Source of the DNA: Octopus sinensis
Taxonomy: Eukaryota
DNA length: 64,000 nucleotides
NCBI RefSeq assembly: GCF_006345805.1
Contig: NC_043005.1
Span: 4,526,001 to 4,590,000 of the forward strand
Direction: 5' to 3'
This document shows, one piece after another, positions 48,701 through 60,700 of this stretch. Position numbers and translations under genes: made by a program. The notes under the pieces were generated by a model. That model did no database searches. It worked only from the letters and a program-made list of their open reading frames with translations, and was not told the origin of the DNA. Positions within the stretch are counted from its first letter, which is position 1; every line of letters starts with the position of its first letter.

Positions 48701-51700
48701 GGAGCTGCTCAGACACCCATGCAGCAACCGAATCCTCTCACTGTCTTGGGCGACAAGGAGACAACTTTATATCTAGCATGGGCCGCCTGTTTGCAGGTCA
48801 CTGAGTACATGCTTCCAACCTGTCAGGTCTGCATGCTTCACCACCCTCCCATCGCCACAGGACTTCTGAATAAAAATAAAATAAATATATACTAAAAATA
48901 GGGATACATATATACTGAAAATAAATAAATATATACTAAAAACAAACATACATATATTTACTGAAAATTTTATATATATATATATATATAGTGGGGTGGA
49001 AAAAAGCACAACATATTGAGCAGAGGTCAGCAATGCCTGTGCAGAGTGTTAGGTCCAATAAGGCTTGCATGACACCTCATAGACCCTCTCCACTCTATTG
49101 ACATTATCTTCTCCCCCCCCCCTCTCTCTCTATATATATATATTAAGGGCATTACTACACTTTAATGCCTCACGCTACGAGAGACTCTTAAAGTTAAAAC
49201 TACCATAATAAATACAGTGTACCGAATGAAAAGGAACGCAACCCTTGAAGTGAGTCACTTAAAAACAGATCCAGCCGCATATCATATGATTTCATAATCA
49301 GTGCACAAAATGCACTTTTTAATCTTCAGTGGAGGCATAATCAAGACACATAAAAATGAACAAAATAATCAATATACCAGATGCCCATTCATCAAAGAGG
49401 ATTCAGCTGTCTGATCAACTGAATTACCTGCTCTTGAATTAATGTGTAAGTGACTGAGTATTCCTTACATGTACTCTTAACATAATTCTTTGGTAGAATC
49501 AATTTGATATAGTGTGGCTGGGCCATATCTTTTGAATTACTGGTACAGTTCATCTGATAAGCTTCTTATATGGTTTCCATCCACTCAGTTCTACTCACAA
49601 TGACATGTGCCTGAGAAGCCATGTGATGGGATTGAACCTTGGACTTTGTGGTAACAAAAGAAACTTGTTAACCATCCAGCCATACTGCACTTACTCTCAC
49701 TCTCTCTCTCTCTCTCACTCTCTGTTTCTCTCTCTCTCTAGATGCAACCTGGCTTGTTGGAAACCTATGACCTACAACATTATTGATCACTAATACATGA
49801 TGTTAATAAAAAGAATTACTTTCTGGGTTTATTATTGTCTTATTTGTTCCTCTGATACAATGATCTGAGGATTGCATATATTTAGGAACTTTTAAACCTT
49901 GAAAAAAAGGGCTAAAGAAGAGTATGTTTAAAAACAAAGGACAAGAAATTAATTTGAGATTATTCTGAGACGCATATTCTGACTCGTGAGCACTTTTGCT
50001 TAATTAACTTCCTAAATTCTTCTCCAATAGAAAAAAACTGCAGTTGCTTTGCCATATTTTTTTAATATATATTTATTCAGTATTTGGTTAATCTAACTCA
50101 ATCAGCTGCAAAATTTCTGAGATTCTTTTGTAGAAGTGGATTATTCCATACCAATCATGAGATTCCTCTGCTGTCTGCTTTCACCAATTTATGGAATTGT
50201 TCTTGTTGCCATTGTCTTTCCAATTATTTGAGTTCTTCATATTTCTTTTTTCTTACTCTTTACATTCGAGAGGTCTGCTTGCTCTCATGCCACTTCATTT
50301 TATACTTGTCTTCATTTTTGATTTTTCATTTTTATGCCACATCCTCTATGATTCACCATTTTTCAGATATTGATCATAATCTGTCAGGGTCAAGGAAAGA
50401 TGACATAGATATGGACAAAGCGCAGACACACACATTTTCCAACTTTCCTCATTCTGCAGAATCTGATGAAGAAGAAGGAGATAAAACTGAGGTGTATAAT
50501 TTATTTCGTTTTTGTATTTGATTTTGTTAGATTCATGATGTGAATACATATGTTGAAACAAATTTTGTTGTATCTAGGGAGGGTCATTATGCCAATAATA
50601 AACACACACATTGGTTCAATTTCACTTTATTATTTGTTAATTGGTTAGCTATTAACCAGTTTACTATCAATTCTTTGATTGATTATTCAGTTATGCTTGT
50701 CAAAGTCTTTTTGTCATCATTTGTGAACTCTTCAATGACACGCCATCTCTAAACCAGGTCAGCTTTAAGTCTTACAAAATTATTATTTTTATTGAAACCA
50801 GGCCAGCTTGTTTTTCTCTTTGTGGCAGGGAGTATATTAAAATATGGGAAGTTATGTATGCATGTGTTTTTTAATGCCTAAGTTTCAATTTGCATAATGT
50901 ATATTGAGTAGTTTCCCCAAATTTGGCAACTTTACTACTGATGTGCCTATGCAACCTTGCCTTTTTGTGGCTCCACTTTTCTGTATGTACTTACATGTAC
51001 TTTTGACTGTCATTGCTTGCTTTCCACCCCCATTTTTATCCTTTCCTGATGAGTTGTAATGCACCTGAGCACTGTGTACAATAAACTTATTAATATCAAG
51101 GAAAGAGTTCCATTTTCCACTAAAATGAAATGGAAAAAATGTTGTTATACAAAATTACACATTCAGTGAGAGCTTTTGATATACCTCCACACTTTTCCTA
51201 TATATTCCACACGTTTTATGCTAGTGTATATTTGTCATCGACTCATATAATATTAATTTTAGAAAATTAACCCTAACCCTAACCCTACCACATTTCTGTT
51301 GAAATATACTGCTTTTGTTTCAATTAGTTTTGCAACCCTCTCTTCTAAAATGTGAATAGCTATGTTACCCTTCTACATCAAGAAACCTGTTCTACTCTGG
51401 CTCCTTCTCATACTTTAACCCCTCATCATGTAGCATAAAATTGCTTCTCTTGGGGTTCAGTCTTATAAGCTACATGCTAGTGCTGGTGGCATGAAAAAAA
51501 GAACCTTGTCTATGCTCTAAAGTGGTTGAGATTAGGAAGGCCATCAAGCCATATACACACAGATATCGATGATAGTCAAAGTAGACAGTAGTAGGTGGTG
51601 TATGATGCAGTCTTTAGATCTGTTAAACCCTATCAAATTGTCCAACCTATGCTAGCATGTCTGATAAGGGTGTCTGCTTGGTGCTACAGACTGGGATTGT

Positions 51701-54700
51701 TATTTGTGATTGTTAGTGGGACCTGAAGTGTAATGTGACTGTTGTTCTTAGGATTGATAATGCTGTTAATAATTGTTGTTTGTTTTGTGGTATATGTGAT
51801 TTGCAAGAAATTGCTACAAAATCTTTCACAAATACTACCATACCATCTTTAAAATGGTTAAACATACAGGGTAGAGTATAATGCTCTTGTTGATTATGAT
51901 GGTAAAATGTGACTGCAACATTCATTTAGTGTTTCAACCACAGAGCTGGTAACAGGATATGAACCACTGGACCAATAACCTCCTAATTTAGCAACCTATA
52001 CCTATTAAAACATACAAACATTTATCCATAAAATGTTTGTTAATTAATCTATTACTTAAATTGATATCATAGTATGAAAATATATATATATATATATATA
52101 TATATTGGGCAATGGTTACCAAAAGAAAACAGCATAGGAGGGGAAAGTCTTAACAAATGTTGTAATTAGTTTAAGACTTAAAATGAGGGGAAGGAGTCTT
52201 GATGTTTCAGACACTAATCCTTCATCAAAAGAAATAAGAAAGAAAATGAGAAAAGGTGGTTGAAAGACAAAAAAAAAAGTGTGGTCTGTGTGTGTGTAGG
52301 GTTGATGTTTTTCTGTCCGTTTGTCTGTTTGTCTTCTCATTGGAATATCATATGATAATAGCTGTTTCAAACTACTTTCAGCTGCTGAAAGATGAAAAGC
52401 GACTTTATCCGTTTTGGAAGTTTGATTATTATCAACAGTTTTTTGATGTGGATTCCAACCAAGTGTTTTGGCGTATCATGGGATCTATGACGCCAAATCC
52501 AAGAAGAAACTTTTTAAAATCTCAGATTCGGCCAAATCCTGATTTGTATGGTATGTTATTAAGTTTTTTCCTCTTTACAATTTCTTGTATTTTATTAAAC
52601 AAATTTTTTAATTAGTAAATTTTATTTTCTAATATTTCTAATAAATGGTTAATTTTAAAGTATTCCCAACCAATTTCCACTCTTGTTCTCCTTCTTGTTA
52701 ACCAATCCTAAGTTTGCTGAACCATAATCTTATTCTGACATACATGTATTTCTGTTTAAGATTCCTGTCTTTGTATAGTAGAACAACCACTCTTATTTTA
52801 CTGCTAAAATAACATACCACGGAGGAGTATTTTCCCCATTTTCTGGAGTGAGATGTTGTGGTTAAGCCTCATTTAATAGCAATACCATCATGTGGCTTTT
52901 GGATGCATTTAATGGAATTCACTCTGTTTGTAAACATTTGACACACACACTTGGTTCGCGTTTTTCTAACAGACAATAAACTGCAGACGTCCCACATGAT
53001 AGCATAAGAAGGGCCTACAAAGATCATGAGGACTGACCTCTTACATTCACTAATTTACAAAAAAAGATTTCAAATATTTGGAGTGTTTTTTTACATTTTT
53101 ATTTAAATATTTGAAAGCAGTTTTGAATGTTAGTTTTATTCAAAATCAAGTAAATATTACATTGTTATAGGTATAATGCTTTTGTTTGCAGATAATCTAT
53201 ACTACCTATTCAAGTATGTTGTTAATCATAACTTGATAATCATTAGAATAACAGCAAGATGTCTAAATAGATATGTCAGTCTAACCCTTTGTAGTAATAT
53301 GTAGATAATGCATTGTTAACGAGGTCTAAAAAGACTGAAACATGTAACATTTGTCTGTGAATTAGGATTTAATTCTGGAGTTATCTCCCTTCCTCTTCTT
53401 GAATAGAATGAGTCATTCATGATAATGATTTTTTTAAATCATTACTTGGAGTGTCTTTCTAATAAATTAAAATTGTTTTGGCTTACCACACAAAATGTGT
53501 TAGAGACTACTTGCTATTATTAATTTTTAGATGCTGCAGCCATCCTTGTATATCTCTTCCCAGCATCCATTACAGTAATTTTTTTAAATATTGCACTACC
53601 TGTTTATAGCTCAGGTGTTCGAATCTACTGCAGGCATTTTGTAGTGTTTCTAGACAGAGCATATTATTCTACATTGCCTCAGTTCAGTTAGCTGTCATGA
53701 TTTGATACAAGAGCATTTGTTAATGCTTCCTGTGAAAGATTGCATCATATTTAGACTGAGATTTATTACTTACTATACTTAATGCCATAAGCTCTGAGGT
53801 AAGCATTGGTTTTTAAAATCCCTCTCACATTAGAAAGCATCTATGTTTTATGTTAGATTACAGGTCTACAGAAACATCAACATACACCTCACCACTAACA
53901 CTGCTTCTCATCCCAAATAGTTCACTCACTTCAGTTAGATCTATGGAACATTTTGGCTCAGCTGCAAAAGCTGGGAGAACTTCCTAACAGTAGGTGACAT
54001 GTTTTAGGAATTTGATACAGAAAATTCTATTCAAATTAAGGTGTATTTACAATGTCTTACCAAAATCTCGGACATTCTTTGCCCTAGCTATATGTTGACT
54101 GAATCACAAAAATGGAATTAATGGTTTTTTTTATGAGAGTAATATGTTTTGTTTTCCTTCACCTTTCCAGGTCCATTTTGGATATGTACAACTTTAGTAT
54201 TCACCACTGCAATTGCTGGTAATCTTGCTAATTATTTTCAATCGAAAGGACAAAATTACCATTGGCAATATGATTTCCACAAAGGTATTTCATAATTATT
54301 TGTTTTCAGTTTTAAGTATTGTCTTTTGGTAAATTCTGAACTTTTTAACTATTTCTTTGACTTCCACAGCCAGTAATGGGTTTGAAACCTGAGCCATGGA
54401 GTTGCTTTATCCCTTTCTTAGCAAACTTAGATTTCTTTGCTGTAACATGTTATTTGTTACTTGAGGTTTCAAAGTGAGGAAACATAAAATTAATGCCAAG
54501 CATGGCCGTGTAGTTAAGAAGCTCACTTTGCAACCATGGGGTTTTGGGTTCAATCCTACTTCCTCCTACTGGCCAATTCTGCCTAAAATCTTTATCTAAT
54601 CACCCCCATAACGAGACCTCACTCACACACACACACACACACACTCTCTCTCTCTCACTCTCTCTCAAAATCTATTCTTCTCACTTTCCTCTGCTTCTAT

Positions 54701-57700
54701 TTTGCTCTCAACTGCTGGCCTTCAGAAATTCAAACAACTTATAAGTTTAATGTTTTATGAAATCTAGTTTGCTGTTTGTGCTTTCAAACAGAGAAAGGTA
54801 GAGTTGGCTTGTCTCCTACAAAATTGGCCACCACTACTTTGTGTAATGGTAAAGAACAGAACTTAATTGCTTTATAGTCTTATTATCTAATTTTATCTCC
54901 CATATTTCTTAGTTCAGATCCTCCCATGTCCAGAATTGCTGTTTATAATTGAATCATTTGAATTAACTACAAAAAGAAATGCTTTGAAAACACAAGAAAA
55001 TGTCAACATGAGAAGTGCAGAGGAAAGTAAAGTTTCTTTTTGTTTCTTATTTCAGTGACTTTTGCTGCAACTGCAATCTTTAGTTATTGGTGGATAATCC
55101 CAACAATGTTATTTGGATTATTATGGTGGAGAGGAAGTAGTGCTGGCTACAGTTTCCTGGAAATGATCAGTGTTTATGGATATTCGTTGGCTATTTACAT
55201 ACCTATTTCCGTAAGTGACATAAACTTCCCATTGCAAACAGACCACTTCTCTCAAAATGTATGAGTTGCATTATGACTTCTTTTCTTCTATTTTAGTACC
55301 ATTCTTAAAGTAGTGCCAATGCTCTTATCTACCTTTAACCCTTTCGTTACTGTATTTATTCTGGGATACTCTGTCTTTCTCTCAATTACTTTAAATATAA
55401 CGAAGAATTTAGTAAAATTCAGCTAATGTTAGGAACATAAATTGTGACTAAGGTTTGGTGGAAGATTTTAATTCAAAACTTATGGAAACAAAACATTTGT
55501 ACTCAGAGCCTGAGATGGTTTCAGCCAGGTTGGTAACAAAAGGGTTAAGTAGCATGTGGTTTCTCTTGACCATGCAGAAAGTTGTAAATATGTTTAACTT
55601 ATAGCTGTTGCTATGTCTACAACTCAGTTAACCCCCTTGTCACTATATTTCTGTTGAAATACGCTGTCTCTTGTTTTATTTAATCTTGAAAATAATGAAG
55701 AATTTAATAAAACAACTGTCATCATTAAGCTGATATTTGGAACAAATTAATGTAAAACTTTAATGGAAGTTCAATGCAGATCACTTTAACCCTTTAGTGT
55801 TCAGATTATTCTGTCAAATGTGATATTTATTTATTTATATTGTTTTGAATTAATCATGCATTATCTTGTAATTTAGAGATTTCAGTGATGCTATTTTTTA
55901 GTTTTAGAATGACATGGTAGGGCTGAGGTGAGAGGCGAGAGCTGGTCAGTTTCAATATAAAACAGGTTAAATATTTTGGCCGGATATGGCCAGTTTGAAT
56001 GCCAAAGGGTTAAAACAGGGAGATTGCATTATAGAACCAGAAGTCGTTTCAGGTGGGTCGTTAACCTTTTAGCATTCAGATTATTCTGTCAAGTGTCATG
56101 CTTCTTCATTCACATTGCTTTTAATTAATCATGCATTATTTTGTAGCTTCGAAATTATAATGATGTGGTTGTATATTTTATAATGACATTGAAAGTTAGA
56201 TGTGATAGGCTGGTTCTGGCCAGTTTGAAAATAAAACAAGCAGAATACTTGGGCTGGATACGGCCAGTTTAAATGCTAAAGGGTTAAATGAGCAGCAGCA
56301 AGCATTGCAATAGAAATAGGGTTTTATTTGCCTTTTTTGGTTCATACAGTTATCCTTGCTGAATGATAATAGGATGCTTTGACAGGATCCAACATGCCTG
56401 AAGACTGCATCATATTGCAATGTCTGCTTTGACGGAGATCCTATGGCTGGATACCCTTCTGTACTGGGTACTTTTTTCATGGCACCAGCTCTAGTGAGGT
56501 GACCCTGCAACTGAGTAGAGCTACAGTAGAGGGAGAGAGAGTAAGAGGTGACTTTATGTTATGGGATGAGGGGTTTAAAGTGTGACAGAAGAGACTTCTT
56601 GCTATGGAGGAGCTACAGAGCTGCTCGCATTATAGAAGAGAGGATGGAAATAGCCAAGGGGAAACTGGAAAGATATAAAAATGGTTGTGGTAATAAAAAT
56701 GGGCCTTCAAAGTAGAAGGTTAGTAGAAGTGGGTGGGGACGAGAGAACAGGCAGTGTGGGTGGTTAGAGATTATAAGAGTGTAGGAATTGATTTTCTTGA
56801 TTCCAAATTGCTTTTGTATTTCCTTTATTATAATTATGTACTTGAATTTATTGAGTTTTTTTTTGTCTTTTCCAGATACTTTGGGTTGTACAAATAAACT
56901 GGTTTCAGTGGTTATTGGTAATCATTGGTGCTTCCCTGTCTGGAGGGGTGTTACTCTTCACTTTCTGGCCTGCTGTTAGAGAAGATGAGAAAAAGGTAAA
57001 CGATACAGTTTTGCTGATTAAATTTTGTAAACCTTTTAATGCATTTATAAAACAGATACATTTATCATCATCATCATCATCACCATCATCATTTAACAGC
57101 TGTCTTCCTTACTGTCCTGAGTTGGATGGTTCAATAGGATCTGACAAGGCACAAGACTGCATCATGTTCCGATGTCTGCTTTGGCATGGTTTCTATGGCC
57201 GGATGCCCTTCGTAATACCAGCTACTTTACAGAGTGCACTCAGTGCCTTTTTTGAGGCACCAGCACTAATGACAGCTTACTTGTAGCTTGCAAAATTAAG
57301 GGCCTAAAGTGGCTCCTATAACTGAGGCAAGAGAGAGAGAGAGAGAGTGAGGATTTTAAGCAGGGTGGTAAGGGAGGGTAAAGATGACAGGAACAGATTT
57401 ACAGTTACAACAGGGAGGTAGTGGAGGGTGGACACTAACTGGGAGAGGGAGTACAGCAGGGAACAGAGAGAAGGGAAGAGATTTGTGTCAAGGGGCATTA
57501 AGAAAAATGCCAGGCAGGACAGAGTGAGAAGGTGATAAGGTGGTTTGAGTAGGGTAAGCTCTAGGGCTATCTTGCATTATAAGGGTGAATATGGAAGGAA
57601 GGTGTGATGGAAAGGGGGTAGTAAGGGAGAAAGTTCTAGTATTGGATTTAGATATAAATCATTTGAATTTACACAAATTTTAAAATCATAAACATGTAGT

Positions 57701-60700
57701 ACTATGACCATCACTTGGATGATGGTTCTAGGCTTTCAAAGACATGACATCATCATCATCATCATCATCATTTAACATCCATTTTCCATGCTGGCATAGG
57801 TTGGACAGTTTGACTGATAACTGGTAAACCAGGGTGCTGCTCCAGCTTCCTATCTGATTTGGCAAGGTTTCTACAGCTGGATGCCCTTCCTAATGCCAAC
57901 CACTCCAAGAGTGTGGTGGGTGTTTTTTACATGCCATTGACCTGACACCAGCATCAGCCATGACTCTGGTCTCACTTGGTTTGACAGGTCTACACAAGCA
58001 TGATATATTGTCAAAGGTCTCGGTCACCTGTCACTGCCTCCATGAGGCTCAACGCTTGAACGGTGCTTTTTATGTGCTGCCAGTCAGATAGGACTGGCAT
58101 CAGCCACCACTATGATCTCAGTTGGCTCAACAGGTCTTCACAGGCACAGCATATCACCCAACGTTTGAACGGTGCTTTTAACAAACCAATCACGTGACAC
58201 TGCCATCAGCCACAACTACGGTCTCACTTGGATCGACAGGTCTTCTCAAGCATGGCATATCGCCAAAGGTCTCAGTTGCTTGTCTTTGCTTTCATAAGGC
58301 CCAACATTTAGAGATCATGTTTCACCACCTCATCCCATGTCTTCCTGAGTCTACCTCTTCCACAGGTCCCCTCCACCATTAGAGTGCAACACTTCTTCTC
58401 ACAGCTGTCCTCGTCCATATGCATTGCATGACTATGCCAGCGCAGTCGTCTCTCTTGCACACCACATCTGATGCCTCTTATACCCAACTGTTCTCTCAGG
58501 ATGCTTACACTCTGTCATGCATGGACACTGACACTGTACATCCAACAAAGCATACTAGCTTCATTTCTTTCAAGCCTACGCATGTCCTCTTTGGTCACAG
58601 TCCATGTTTCACTGCTGTGTAGCACGGCTGTTTGCACACAGGCATCATACAGTCTACCTTTCACTCTGAGCAAGAGGCCCTTTGTTACCAGCAGAAGTAG
58701 GAGCTCTCTGAACTTTGCCCCAGCATATTCTTATTCTAGCAGCCATGCTCTTGGAGCATCCACCTCAGCTACTGACTTGGTCACCTAGGAGTAAAAAATT
58801 CTTTACATGAGGATGACATAGTAGCATGCACCCTGCTTTCACTAGGTGCCCATGTTGTCATGAGTGAACATAGACATCCTCTCTGTCCTCCTATCCTTGG
58901 CCCAGTAGAACAGTGGGAAAGAGAGAGGGATACATCAGTGCTTGGTTGTTACTTATTCCAGTTGAGCTGACTGGAATAACATAAAAATGAACTTCTTGCT
59001 CAAAGATACATTGCACTACCCAATTCAGGAATCAAACCCACAACTTTATGATTACAGACCCAACAACCTAAGTTGTAGGTCACATGACTTCACTGTGAGT
59101 GTGTGTGATTTTCTTCATATGTAGCATAGAATTATTTTTTATATTTCAAATATATGCAGAATACAAAAATAACCATGTTTTGGAACTCGGAGGAGCCCCA
59201 ACATGACATTCCTGCTTGTCTACTCTCTTTTTCTGCAAAAAACCCTACATTAATTAAAAAATTCCTTGAAGTATTAAGACAATGGAAACAGCCCAGAATA
59301 CAGGACAAGCATTGAAGTTTTCCATCAATTGCTAACCAAATCACTTGATTTTGGCAGACTTTTACTCACAGCATTATAGGTTCTAAAATTATTAACAATA
59401 TTCAGTTCTGCTTTTAGAACTGGATTGCCCAAGCGGATAAAAGAATGGTAAAGTTCGTAATATTGATTTCCACCTTCATTATGTATTTTCAGTTTTTCCC
59501 ATGCACTTATTATAATTTTCAATCAAGGTACAGGTGTGGCTGTGTGATAAAGAGTTTACTTCCCAACCACATGGTCTTGGATTCAGTCCCACTGTGTGGC
59601 ACCTTGGACATGTGTCTTCTATTGTAGTTCCAGACTGGCCAAAGCCTTGTGAGGGGATTTGGTTGGTGGAAACTGGAAAAAGCCCATCATATCTATGTGT
59701 ATGTATGTTTGTATAGGCATAGGAGTGGCTGTGTGTTAAGTAGCTTGCTTACCAACCACCTGGTTCCGGGGTTCAGTCCCACTGTGTGACACCTTGGGCT
59801 AGTGTCTTCTACTATAGCCTCAAGCCGATCAAAGCCTTGTGAGTGGATTTGGTAGGCAGAAACTGAAAGAAGCCCATCGTATATATATATATATGTATGT
59901 ATGTGTATGTGTGTCTGTGTTTGTCCCCCCAACATCACTTGATAACCGATGCTGGTGTGTTTACATCCTTGTAACTTAGTGGTTCAGCAAAAGAGACCAA
60001 TAGAATAAGTACTAGGCTTACAAAGAATAAATCCTGGGGTCGATTTGCTCGACTAAAGGCGGTGCTCCAGCATGGCCACAGTCAAATGACTGTAACAAGT
60101 AAGTGTGTGTGTCTGTGCATGGGTGATTGTGTGTGTGTTAGCCTTTTTGGCTTCGTTTTGCATGACAGTTGTAAGTGAGTGGCATTGGCAAGGAAGCAGT
60201 ATCTTTTGTTTCCAATCTTCCTTGAAAAACATTTCTGGTCTTGGCAGGTGGGGTCATGAGGAATATTACCTTACCTGGAAACAGGTGAAGGTTGTCTACA
60301 GGAAAGGCATCCAGACGGAAAAATCTGCCTCAATGAATTCTAGCTAACCAAAGTGGGCATGGAAAAGTGGATGCTAAAACGATGATGATGATGAATTAAC
60401 ATATCTGTTTTTTAATGTCTAAATGTTCGTTAATATTAACTTAAGGTGGTGAGCTGGCAGAATCGTTACCATACTGAGAAAAAATGTTGTCTTTGCATTT
60501 TGCAAATTCCACTGAGGTTGCCTTTCCCTTTTATCCCTTTAGGGATATGTACCAGTTGAATACTGGGGTTGGTGTAATTAACTTACTCCCTCCCCTGAAA
60601 TTGTTAGCCTTGTGCCAAAATTTCAAACTAATATTAATTAGATATAAAATTAATATTTTGAACTTCCAACCTTCATTAACTAACTCTCTCCCTCTCATCA

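Noticed and set aside
51268-51285. (TAACCC)3 telomere-like repeat
   Set aside because: Only three units, at the start of a degenerate TTAA-CCCT MITE; not an interstitial telomere
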